Assembly: GCA_012295275.1 (NCBI GenBank)
Contig: CM022672.1
Coordinates: 11,718,001 to 11,782,000 of the forward strand
DNA length: 64,000 bases
Reading direction: 5' to 3'
Source of the DNA: Chrysomallon squamiferum
Taxonomy: Eukaryota; Animalia; Mollusca
Position 1 is the first letter of the stretch, and each line of letters begins with the position of its first letter. A program made the translations under genes and the position numbers. The notes beneath the pieces were generated by a model. It ran no database searches. It saw only the letters and a program-made list of their open reading frames with translations, and had not been told where the DNA came from. Below are positions 26,227 to 40,200 of this stretch, in pieces.

Positions 26227-29200
26227 CAACAACAATTATGAAGATGAGGATGATTATGATAAATCAGTCAAGATGTGTAATTAAAAACTGTATATAAACT
26301 TATTGTAAAGACCAAATTTTATGAAAGAGAGTTAATAAATATTTGTAAAAACCAGTCATAATTAATCTTAGTACTGCAACAAAAACGTATAAAATGATTC
26401 TATGATTCTAAAAAGCATATATAGTTAATGTTACTACATTAACCAACCCCATGTATAAAATGATTCTAAAAACCAGTTATAATTAGAACTTTAACCAAAC
26501 TATGTCTATAAAATGATTCTAAAAACCAAAACATAATTAATCTTAGGACTTTAACCAAACCATGTCCATAAAATGATTCTAAAAACCAAAACATAATTAA
26601 TCTTAGGACTTTAACCAAACCAAGTGTTTAAAATGATTAAAAAAAAAAAAAACATAATTAATCTCAGCAGTTCAACAAAAACCTGTGTAAAAAATTATTC
26701 TAAAAACTAGTCACAATTAATCTAAGGACTTTAACCAAAGCACGTTTATAAAATGATTCTAAAAAAAACACGAATATAATTAATCTTGGACCTTTATGCA
26801 AAGACCCTATAAAACAGCTTTAAAAACGAATTAATAAGTGACAGTCAGAAGGAAATGACAGTGTCAGGATACTTCTGGTTGACCACAAAGTCACACCTTC
26901 TAATTACAGCAGTAAATCATACACACACAGAGCTAACTTTTGTCTGAACTCTTCAACTATTAAAAAACAAAACACCAAAAAAAAAACATCCAACAAACAA
27001 TCTAAGATTATCCAATTTTCCTTAATCAGTGCAGCCACCATTTTCATGCTTGAACTGTTCATAAGCTGAATAATTTCACAATGTAATTAATGGATCAGTC
27101 AAGATTTGGTAAGATTAATTATCGGCGACCTGATACAAGGGCTTGTTTGAAGGAATTCAATTTCAAGGTTAAATTGCTTTGGGCTGTAGCAGTGATTAGG
27201 CTAACAAAGTGACAACTATTTCCTTCTGGTGACACTGCAGAGAGTGACTCACTGATTGCTCCAGCGAGTTAAAATTTAATTTAAAATCAGTTTGACTCTT
27301 TAAAATATGGCACTTTGAGATTAACTAATACATCAACTTTAAACTGATGAAGGTTTAATGTTAAGGACAAGCAAAGGGATACAGTGCTTTAGATGAATCC
27401 TCATGTCCCAACAGAAAGTTTGGCATTCTAGATAAGCTCTTACACAGTAATCCCTGGAAAAGTTTGATAATCTAGTGTATATTTCCATTATTTAACTGTT
27501 TATTTTAACTTGAAGTACCTTTAATTATCACAGAAGTCATGATTTTGATTTTTCCGGTAACTCACTATTGTTTCTAACAAATGAGTAGGCTATATCTAGT
27601 TTATTATATCATGTTTTTATCACTCCAGTAGGATACCTGGGTATTGCCTACATTTGCCATAATTCACAGTCATGACATTTTAACAATGAAGAGTTTAAAT
27701 ACTAAAAACCTAACCTCTGTCCAAAATATTTTCATTCATACAAACCTTCTCTCTCTGTCTCTCTGTCTCTCTCTCTCTCCATACATTGGCATTCTTAATA
27801 ATTATCTAGTTTGTCTAGAACACAATGCCTGCCATAATGTAATAGTGCATATATGCAGAAAGCACCTGTGGAATTGAAATTAATTTATTCATATATGATT
27901 GCTATGTTTAAATTTTGGTTGCTGCAGCACCTGTTAGTTTTACTGTTATGTCAGTGGTTTAATATATAACTTTATTGTGTTTGCTTTGATAACAATATAT
28001 ACAAAACAAGGGAATGGCTTTCATGTGTTTGTTTTTATTTGATTTGGATGAAAATGAAAAACAAAGTGAATGCAGTTTCTCTGTACACAACTTATCAGCC
28101 CACGAGAGGTGTTTCTCTGCAAAGTCATCAATGTTATTTTAATCTAACAACCTGAAATCAAATTATTGGTTTATTTTCTCTTCTTTCTTTTTTTTTTTTG
28201 TATCTCCTCAGTGAAATACTTCACAATTTTGTGTTTCCTTGAACACCAAATAGACAAAACAAGCTTTACGTTTTTTTGTGAATAATGGGCAATAATATGT
28301 TGTTGTGTCGACTCTAAAAAACTTGAGAAGAAAATTCTTGTTTAAAGTCTTCCTCGACTTTTTCTTTAAGCTGATAAAAGCGAGTTGCATTCTAATGAGA
28401 CCGGCTGACTCAACAAGACATTTTTCTTGTGTTCATCACCATCTCCTCGATGCCTTTGCAAAGTGCGAGATTGTTCAAGCTAAGCTAATTCACTGAGCAA
28501 GCCTGCATTTAAGACATCCCTAATCAAATTGATTGTGAAAAATTAGAGGGAAGAAGCCATCTGTCTACCGGTTTCTGGAATTGGTTTTGTGTCACTCGGA
28601 TTAGTGGTGCAATCCATAACAACCATCCATGGATCTCTGTCACACCGTGTAACCAGCTTGCAAACTGATCTTTGTGAAAGGGTTTAGATGAGCATTTGCT
28701 CTTCTCATTTTCACACATTTTTATCACTTTCTCGCCAGATTTAATACATTATATGTGGTCTTACACAGAGTCATGTTTTTTTTAAAATAAAATATAAAAA
28801 AGATGTTTTTAGTGAAATTGAGGTTTTGTTATTCTTCACTTTATCAGGTTAGGACAAAAACAGGTTGCTGTCAAGTGAACTGATAATGATGACAATGATG
28901 GTGACACTTGTTTATATGTTCTGGCACTAAATGGAACTTTATCTCTGGTTGGAATCACTGAAAAGGGATCGTGACATGCACATCAAGCAGAAATGAATAT
29001 TTATGTAATCTTTTGCTTGTTGTAGTTTTTTTTCTGTATTTCACATCAGTCATCTAGATATTTATCAAATGAAATTTTGATCGTAAGGCAGTATCTTTCA
29101 AAACATGTCTGGAAAACAGCATCTTGAAATGACATGTTAAGAAAAAAGCTTTTTTAAAATAAAAAATAAAAATAGTGTATATGTATATATGTATATACAT

Positions 29201-29298
29201 ATACTTTCTTTACTTGTTTCTACTGAAGTTTAAGTTTGTCCAAAAGAACCATATAAATAATTATTCTCTTCAAATGAAAATTTGAAATGATGATGATG

Positions 29299-29366
<68 letters not shown>

Positions 29367-30058
29367 TATAATAATAATAATAATAATAATAACAACAACA
29401 GTAACAATAATAAAGACAATTGTAAATACAATTTTAGAAACCCACTACACAAAGCCTACAATGTATGACACATTCGTGAGTAACAAACAACAAACAAGGT
29501 GTTGGGATGACAAACAGCGACTGTTGTAATCACAGACAACATCTCCCAGTGTACAAGAAACCCTTCAGAGTTAGATAATACCAGGCCTCGTGACACAATG
29601 ACAATACGTTTTTTTTATTTCAATACCACTTGACAACTGTGTCTCAGGCAAGAGAGAGAGGCCCTACTCAAACAAAGACCTATTGCTTCCACGCTTTAAT
29701 CTTTTTTAATGTCTGCTACGCCAACTCATGAGCAAATATTATGAAGGAGACACAAAAGGCTACTAAACAGTTATGAGTCATCAATATTAATGTCACCAAA
29801 GTGAATCTCTTTAGTTGCCGCATTTTTCTGCAAGCAGAACGAAACACTATGGGAATGACCCGTGCTGTGAAAAGTTCAGCAGTGTCACATGATTTTCTCT
29901 CCAAACAATTATGTTAATTAGAATCTGGTAGAGGATTGAAACAAATGTGACATTTTGTTTACGCTTAGTAAACGATAAAAATAGATAATAATAACAATAA
30001 TAATAAAGTCATAGTAGTAATATTAATAATAATAATAATCATAATAATAATAATAGTA

Positions 30059-30090
<32 letters not shown>

Positions 30091-30852
30091 TTCTTAGCAG
30101 TTTTATATGTGACATTCTGTTAAGCTTAATAAAAAAAAAAAAAAAATTTATATCTATGTGACATTTTGTTTATGCATCATAAAAATAATAAGAAAAATAA
30201 CAATTTTTTAAAGTTTGAGCATCAAATTTTTTTATTTAAGATGAATAAAAATTGACAATAATATAGACTTTTTAAAATGTGATGTCACTGTTTCATACTT
30301 TATATTTGTTTAAGTATTATTATTAATTTTTTTTTATCATTTTCATTATTTACTGATATTTTTTTTTTTTTCAGAATTTTAGTTTACACTGAGTTTAAAA
30401 TGATCTTATCCTTTAAACAAAATCATAAAATGAGAATTAACAACACCCACAAGTGATACACAAAAAGACAAGCTGACCACCAAAGCGATGATATTCACAG
30501 CATCAGACATTATTGAAATAACTCCAGTCATAACAAGAGGGAGAGGCAGGAAAAGGGAGGTAACTGAACACTGACAGACATTTCCTCATAGCCTTTTGAC
30601 AAAGAAAACAAAGGGAAGATAAGGATGATTTTCTAACTGACAGTAAAGGTCAGGGGGAACAGATGAGGCTTGCTGACACCTGTCCACAAACCACCATGAC
30701 ACTTCACAAACACAGCCTTAGTCAAAACTCAGGCTTTTTACTTTGCTGTTTTTTCCCTTACTTTTTAAAATTTTTCTTCTGTTCATAAATTTGTTTTATG
30801 TTATATATACATATTTTTTTGATCATTATATTATTATTACCACCATTATAAC

Positions 30853-30895
<43 letters not shown>

Positions 30896-33800
30896 TATTG
30901 ATGATGTATTATAAGTTATTTTACAGTTGAAAATGTTTTTAATCTCTGAAAATATCTTTTTAAAAATTTTTACTTAATTTATTTTTTGGTTTTAAATATT
31001 GTTGTTGTTATTGTTACTTACCTCATTAGTTTTTAAATATCTTTTTGAAATTTAAGAGAATGATACATCTGAAGGTCCCATTTCTTTCAAAATTAATATA
31101 TTTTTTATTTTAATAATTATTATTACAACAACAAAGCAAATATTTGCTTACTGTAATTCAGTATCTTGCATCTTCACAGCTAAAGTTATATTTCTAAAAT
31201 AACTATCAGTAATCACAGCTCACACTGTACTATAAATAAATCTTCTTTGAAACCAAACAATCTTATCTTTTTTCATCATGTATACATACGGGAGTAAAAT
31301 AAACAAGTTGGTTGGTGGTACAACCCTTATTGCACACCACACTTATGATCTTCTGATTCTAAACCTTTTGTGGTGAAGTATACATACACAAAATAAGAGA
31401 AAAATAAACAAGTTTTGATGACTGGTGGCATAACCCCTTCTGTACATCAAGCTTATAATCTTCCGATTCTAAATCCATCTCCACAAAGAAAAGGAAAAAT
31501 ATGAATGTTGATAAAATATGGTGGAATATACACACAGGGTGTTAATCTTTCAGTGTACACTATAAACTCTTTACTGCTATAAACAACAACACTTCGGAAT
31601 ATAACTGTACTGAATGAGCTAGTGCTCTAAACTTTTAAGTGGAAAAAGAGAAAAAAAAAAACAATAACAGAAGAAAGAAAATTATTGAAGAGGAAAAAAA
31701 TGTGAAAAGGCAAGATATATATGTGCAATGCAGATGAAAAAAATATGTGAAGATGAAAAAATACATGTGAAGAGGGCAAAAAATATATGAGAGGAAGATA
31801 AAAAAAAATTCTGAAGAGGTAAAAAAAAAATCTAAGTAGAGGGGGTAAAAAAAAAAGGAAAAGAAATTGCAGAAAGAAGCTCTCGTTTAACCCATTAACG
31901 CCCATGCAACCTGCTCGTTAAGAGAATCAAAGCCAGACAGCAAATTTGAAATTCTTGGCAACCTTACACAACATTCTTAAGTGTTTGCTTTTCAGTTGAA
32001 AATGCATTTTTCTGTTTTATATTTTCATTATTGTTTTTTACCTTTTCAGTGCATTTAATGAATTATGTTTATTTTATACATTCTCACAGCTAACTGTTTA
32101 AATTGTGGAATCATATTTGCTAGAAAAAGAATAATAAAAGAGTTTATCTTCTCTGACCCCCGAAAATAAGAAATGAAAAAAAAAAAAAAAAAAGTAAGAT
32201 ATAAATTTCATAGTAAATGACAGGCTTTTAACTTGTGAGAATGACTTTCTGATGTTTTTTATCTGATGCTATTTTTATTTATTTTTTTTTAATATTTTTT
32301 TTTATTATCAAAAATAATAATCTTTGGGAAAAAAACCTATTTTATTTAATTGTTTTCAGTCAACAGGACAGATACACTAATGGACTAAATTAAAAAATTT
32401 TAAATTAAAACAAACAAACCCTAACAAAAACAAGAAATGTAAAACCAGCCCTAATGACCTGAAACAATAATAACAAACTGCCATAGATAAACAGAATAAT
32501 TTCAACTAACCCATTTTATCTCTACCAAAGGTCATCATCTCATGCAATGAAAGCAGTACCAATAATTTTCAAATCAGTGTTAAATTTTATCAAGCTCTTC
32601 AAATGCCAGCAGAATGGAGAAAACATCTCCTGCAATGACATTTTCCACAATACATCAACGACATCGTTGCATCGGCTGGCGCCACTCCATTATCTTAGAA
32701 ATAAAATGTTACTTTCATGGGTTACACGATGCCTACAAGTAAACTAGATAATGCAAATCAAAGCTTCTGCATTCACGAGCCATGCAAAATGTCATCAATC
32801 TAATTACAAGTGCCTGCCTGGCAGTGCTTGATACTTTTAAACCACTGAGATAACATGTCTTTAGTAAAGACACAGAGAGAGAGAGAGAGAGAGCAGAGAT
32901 AGAAAGAAAAAACTACACAGCAATATGTCAATTTCACTTAGAAAGAAACAAAAAACATATAGCTGTATGTCAGTTATACACAGAAGCGATTAGTTATATT
33001 TATAGAAAAGTAGCCACAAATGTAATGATGAATACTCAGTAATCTATCAGTTACATTTTTTTAAAGAGAAACATAGGCACAAAATGTAATGATGAAAATA
33101 CTGTGATCCACAAGTTATACTTTAAGAGAAAAGTATGTAGCCAAGTGGCTGGAGTTCTTACTGAGGTGTTATCAAAACTCAGTTGTGCATATATTAAGTT
33201 ATTTCCATTTCCAACCACTGTCTCATGGCTGATTTATGTAAGGATCAGTCTTCATTATTTGAATATATCACATTCTGGTCACTATCTCTCCACTGATATA
33301 TTAAAAGGCTATGGTATGTGAGGTTTTTGCCAAAGGGAAGGTGTATGTTAAACATTATTTGTTGCTGATTGATATATACATATATTTAAAAAAAAAAAAA
33401 AAAACAACAACTAATAATAATAATAATTTAAAGGTAAGAATATAAAACAGACACAAGTCACAGACACAGACCCACTCACAAACTCTAATTTTCAAGTACA
33501 GCACTGAAGACAATGACAGACAGCAAGCTATATTTTTAATTCCTTCATTTTTTTTATATTTCTAATTAAGGAGAATGATAATAAAACCACAATTTTACTG
33601 TCTGTATCCAATATTTTAATACGTTCCATCCCCTCTAACCACTGAGCTATAACAAACTTCAATAATGTCCGAACACAAATGAAATATATTTTTTTTATTA
33701 CGGGCAACACAGTTAGTCACAGCCTGCGCCATTAATAAAAATCATATGAAGAGTTCCACTCAAAGAGGGGCAACTCTCCAGGGAGAGAAACAAAACAAGG

Positions 33801-34920
33801 TGATTGGTCAGTCCAAGCTGTGGGGGAATAAGAGTCACGTGCCTGTGGACTAATTAAAGGGTAGTTGGTGTTGATGATGAATATCACAGCAGAGGCCGTC
33901 TGAGAGGGGCTGTCAAAAACAAACAAATGAGGCAGCCAAAACAATAAGTGTTAATGCCATCCAGATATGAAAGGACTGCAGGACTTTGGTCACTGAGCAC
34001 CCAAGGGACCGTAACTCTGGTAGCATTTGTAGCCAAATGCTTTTAGTTACTGGAGTTATTTTTGTTACGACTTTAACAATGTGGGTTTTGTTAATGGTTT
34101 GTTTTTGGAATACATTTTTAATAAATCTGGCACAAAAGATTTTAAAAAAAATAAAAATAAAAAATTTAAATATATTTCGTAACAAATTTTATGTTTAGGT
34201 ATTGAATAAATGACATCAAATTATTAATAATTTAAAATATTTTATATTTAATGATATAAATGTGAAGTTGTTTTTTTGTTACTATTTTTTTTTATCAGGT
34301 GATTTCAATTATTACTATCATTATGTTTTTTTTTTTTTTTTTTTGAGAATCAGTTTCATTTGTCTTTATTTAATTAAAAAAAATAATTAAAAAATGTATT
34401 ATTAAAGAACAATTACCAAAATTACTTCTTTCAAAAATAAATTACATGTTAACTAAAAACTGTTATTTAACACATTGTAGTTCACTCTCATAATTATTAA
34501 ACTGATTAGCACATTAATCACTATTAAGCTGTGAACAGTTATGCGGTGAGAGAGAAAGCTCATTAACAGAATCATTTTTGAAATCCTATACACAGGCCAA
34601 ATCTGCAGGGAAGCTGTCTGCAACAAAGCATATCTTCTGAAGAGGAAGTAATATCAGCATGCTACAGGTGTCTGTCTAGCTATGTAAATTTATTGTAATG
34701 TTCCATTTAAATATTGTCATTTTATGAATACCAAACAAATTGTATAAAACTAAAATTAACTGGAGATAGATGCAGTAATATACCCAAATTTTAGACATGG
34801 CTGTCACATGTATGAATAGATCAATTCATTAACATAATTATTTTTTATTTATTCATTCATTTATTCATTCATTTATTTGTTGATTTATTATTATTATTAT
34901 TATTGTTTTTATTATTATTA

Positions 34921-34976
<56 letters not shown>

Positions 34977-37219
34977 AGGTCAAAACAGTATAACTAACAC
35001 AGACAAATATTCACACACAATTATATTCAGGGTTGTTAACTTTCATAACAGAGCTTGCCCTCTGTGTGTGAAAAATAAGTGGGGTTTTCATTGTTTTTTT
35101 TTTATAGCTGTGCATTCCTATTAATATTTACTTAAATATATACGCTAGTTTAAAAAAATATTACCTTTGACTTCTGATGAAAGAAAAATGTTACGCTGAT
35201 ATGGTTTAGATACCCATTAAATTGTTTGTGGTTTTTTTATATCTATGTACTAACATAAATGTACATAAGTTTAAAAACCAATCTTTTTGACTTCTGATGA
35301 AAGAAGGAGGTTAGCTTTTAAATTAGCCCTTCCACACTTCAGATACAGATTTAAAAAAAAAAAAAAATTAAAAGTTTACAGTTGTGTGTAATCACTTTAT
35401 TTTCTTCTACGTCTGGCAAAAGAAAAAGCAGTTGGCGTTCGGACTGGCTTGCCCTCGCATATTAAAGAAACAAACCATTATTAGAACGTAAATCATGATG
35501 ACTTCATAGTTGCATAATGGCTATAACTTGATTAACTTGGCACAAGAATGACAGATAATTTACAAAACACTGTCACTCACAAAATCCCCTTGGGAAAGTG
35601 TACATGGGCAGCCATGACACTTTGGAGTGTGTCATCATCAGAAACAGCCTGAGCCTTGTCCAAAGTTTAGTCATCTCAAAGACAAAAGTTTAATCATTTC
35701 AAAGATAAAAAAAAAAAATTAAAAAAATATTTTAATCACAGGCACTGTGTCATACTGGAAGCAATTCATTGCAAGATTTGGGAATTCATTCAGCAAGAGG
35801 GAGCAGTATATTACAGGATGACTCCAATCAGATCAGTTAGCCAGCAAGTGACAGGGGACAAGACTGGAGGGCGAGGAATTGGCTGGCTTGTCATTCTGGA
35901 GGCTGACTGGTACATGTTCTAGTTAGTGCAAGATGTGGTAGTTCGATGATGAGATCAAAGTGAGATGATGTGTGTGATGATGTAACCGAATGCTGGGTGA
36001 CTGGTGAATTAATCTGGAGAAAGTGTCACTGTCAATGAAAGGTGACAGTGAAGTGGAGGAAATGAATTAAAAAAAAAATTAATTTAATTAATTTTAGTGT
36101 GGTTTTCAAATAAAGTGATTTTAGTGTTCAAACAAAATCAGTTTTCTGAAATTGAAATTTCAAAGGTATCAAAGCCTTATTACTGCAAAAGGCAGTATCA
36201 AAATAAGTTGAAAAATAAATGAAATAAGTAATTTGACCTTTTTAAAATTATTTGATAAATTTTATCAAAAAATAAGACATAAAAAACCTGAAGAATTAAT
36301 ATTATTTTGAAAAAATACTATTTAATTAAAACTATAAATTAATTAGTTTTATTTCCATAAAAAAATCATTTAATTACAACTCTAAATACATGACAGTTTT
36401 GGGGTGCTAATAATCAGAGTGTGCATTGTTTTTGTAAGTATTGCATTTAACAAAATGTTTGATTCTGAAGACCACACCAAAATGATGTCCTGTCAAAATG
36501 GTTTTTCTCAGACTTCTCAAAATGCCAGCCAACAATCAGAAAATTCTCAGCCTAATAAAACTGTCATTAAGAGACTGTGATTCACAAAACAATGCTGGAC
36601 ACTGGCTAAACTCACAGTGGACAAGCTCGGACAGCTGAATCAAGACCTGCCCAAGCAGGAATCTGCCAGTGATGAACAGAATCAAGCAGGAATTTTTGAA
36701 GATTATATGCCAGTCATATTTAATTTGTCCAAAGTCTCTGGACAGGACAGCTGAGTTGTGAGACATGACAGATGTGCTTGGACCCATGCTGGTTAGATAG
36801 AGCATGTAGTGACTTCTGAATGTGTAGGCAGATTGTTCATTACTGTGATAGTGTTTTAATAAATGATGTCTGATGTTTGTTATCTTAACAGTGGAATTTG
36901 TGAAGTCATGTGCGAATTAAGGTGTTAAAAAGTGATTTCTGTCATATTCCTTCATTTAAGTTGAAGTGAGGGTGCCATTATAAGTGAAACAGACTTTTTT
37001 CAACTTGACCAAGTATCCCTATGACTTTGATCAAATTTATAAACTCCCAGAGTAGAACAAAAACTTTAAAAAAAAATCTAAGAAAAATTTCAGTTTTTTC
37101 ATGTATAAAGGCATGCCATCAAGTATATAAAACCAAAAAGAAAATAATAATAATAATAAAATTATAATTTTAATATTTTAAAAATGAAAAACAAAAACCT
37201 TCCTATAAAACCCAACACA

Positions 37220-37264
<45 letters not shown>

Positions 37265-40200
37265 TAAAAATAAAAATAATACAGACACGACTATACACAT
37301 ATACACATATACCTGGACATTCTGAAAATCCATTTTACACAGTGCCTGATTATAAAAACACATATTGAGGACAAGACAGAACTTACAGTACTAAAGTAAT
37401 TATCAGTTCTATTTCACACTAAAAGTGCTCATATTACATTTCACTTTTTTTTCTTTCTTTTTTTTCTTCTTTCAACTCAATACAACATAAATGCAAGTGT
37501 GAGATGCAAGGTTAAAAACTGACATAAACAAGAATTCAATATCAAGTAATACAGATGTGTGCTGACGCCCCATCAAGGCAAAGACCATTTCCATTTGCAA
37601 ACCTTTCAGAAGAAAATCCCTAGTGCTAATACATTTCTAACAAAATTTTGCAACATGTCAGTTTATAATAGAAAATTCTTGCAGGCAATTACACTACTTC
37701 AAAATCCCATCATCAACACACAGCCCTTAAGTTCTGCCATGTTGAAAAAAACCCAAATAACAAGGACTCCCATGTCCGTATTTTCCCGTAATACTTCGAT
37801 AAAATGTCAACTTTCTTTGCTTTTTCCTTTAACACAAATTATGGGGATATTCACCATGATTTGCATGAGGTTGGAAGTAACGGATATTTTCAGTGAAATA
37901 TGGTGGATAATGATTGGATCCATCAGTAGGAATCTGACTGAAAATTGCAGACTCCATTGCCAAAGAGTGACCAAAAGCAATTACACCGGCCAATCAATAA
38001 AGAGCCTTAAGATGGAGCTTAATATCAGTAAGAAACTCGGGTCAATACAACAGATCTGATGAGGGGAGAATAGAATCGATTTATCAGCAGACTTTACATC
38101 TGCTTAAGACACAGAAAGAAAGAAAAAAAAAACTTATTTGACCTTAATCTTTTGTGGATGACATAATATTCAGATGTTTTTCTGTGGGTTTTTTTAACAT
38201 TTCTTTAACCTTGATCTTTTGTAGAAAAGATGATATTCATTGGGTAATTTTTTTTCTCACCTTTCTTAAACCTTAATCTTTTGCAGATGACAGAGTGTTC
38301 AGACTTTTTGTCCTTTTAAAATATTTTTTCAATGTTAATCTTTTATGAATAACATATTTTTTTTCAATTTCTTTTTCTCTCTTTCTCACTTTTTTTCTGT
38401 TTTTTAAAAATACTTTAACTAATGTTTTGCACATAATGGAAATCTGACATTCTGTTAGCCTTTTTTTCAATTTTATTTTCAATTTTTCTTTGTCCTCTTC
38501 GTAAACCATAATCCTCTGTAGATGACAATTTTCAGTTCTTTTCTTTATTTTTTTCTTTTTTTTTTTTTTTTCTTCTACTTTTCTTACTTGTATTTTTCCT
38601 TCACTTACTTGCCAGCTCAATACAGCTAAGATTTAGAATGTAATTGAAACCCCAGACTGTTTATGTGGTATTAACTTGACAATGTGTGAACGCCACAAAA
38701 AATTAAACAAATCAGCTTAGTAACATATTCAAAAAAAAAAGACTGAATCTAGTGGATTTGTTGCTTCCATCAATGTTTCAGAGAATGCACTAAATTCAAC
38801 CTCTATCCTCCATTTGTCATTAATTACTGGGTGGAGTACCTTGTCACCATGACTACATTACATCTTGTAGAGTTAATTGTTGAAAATAGAACTGAGAAAC
38901 ATATATACATAAAAGAAATTGCCTGAGTCAAAATATAATAAAATTTAAATTTTTTAAGAATATCTAATGTCAGTGCTGAAAGATTTCTCCATATGATGAT
39001 TTATATATATAATAAAAATGAAGGTTTGCTATAATCTAAACTTAATTAAAATCACACAAGAAAGATAATTTTTCCAAATATTTTCAGACTGATAATTTTC
39101 TAAATATTAAAATATATGGAAATAAAAATGGCAGCATTTATAGAAATAATAATTTTTTTTTTATTAATCCTTGTTAATGCTTTAAAGAATTATCAGCTTT
39201 GAAAATATTTGGGAAAATTCTCTTTCTTGTGTGACTGTTTATATATAATTAATGTTTTGAAATTCACTGTTTTGAAAACACTGTGCCGTCTTTCTTGTGT
39301 GGCAAACTGAACAACAAGATATCATTTTTATCTCAACACATGTTTAACATTTGCTACAGTATTATTAATATTTACAAATACCTTCAAAGTGTAGGTTAAC
39401 GAGACCACTTTGAAAAATTTCCCCGTTTTTTTTTTTTTTTTTTTTCAAAAAAGATTTCACATTTCAAAAACAGCAATAACTTATCAATTAGTTTTAAAAA
39501 GAGTCACACAATGCAGGCATACATCACATGCAGGTTTTTTCCTTTCCAGAACTGCTTACAGAACCCACCTCATGGTGGAACCCACACCACCTAGCAACCG
39601 GGACTCATAATTCCTCACACATGGAAACATTTACTGTGAATTTCAACATCAGAGGAAATTATGCTGAAATTTTTTTTTTTTTTTCATCAACCTATTAAAA
39701 AGAAAGTGGTCATGCTGTTACATCTGTGACTGGTAGGAAAGGGGGGGAGCCACCTCATGAAACCAATACTTGAAAACATTCTGAAAACATAAACAGAAAT
39801 ACAAACCCACATGTTGAGAAAGAGTAAGTAAGAAAAAAAATTAAAAAATTAAAAGAAGCCAGGTGGTTCGCTTTTGAACTGAGCCGATTTCAAGGTCTTG
39901 GTGAAAATATGTTATAAATAAAAAAATAAAAAAATTTAAAATCTTTGTTCAAAGTTCTTCACTTTCAGGAAAAGAATGTTATAAAAAAAAAAATTGTTAT
40001 AAATAAAGGTGTGTTATAAATAAAATATTTTTTTTTCACGAACTGAATGCTATAAATAACGGTTTTCTTTTTTCTTCTTTCTTTATGAAGTTCTTCTATT
40101 TCAGAAAAAGAATGTTATAAATAATTTTAAAAAGTGCTATAAATAAAGATGCATAATAAATAAAATTTCTTTTCTGTCTTTCTTCTCTCTTGTTTCTTTA

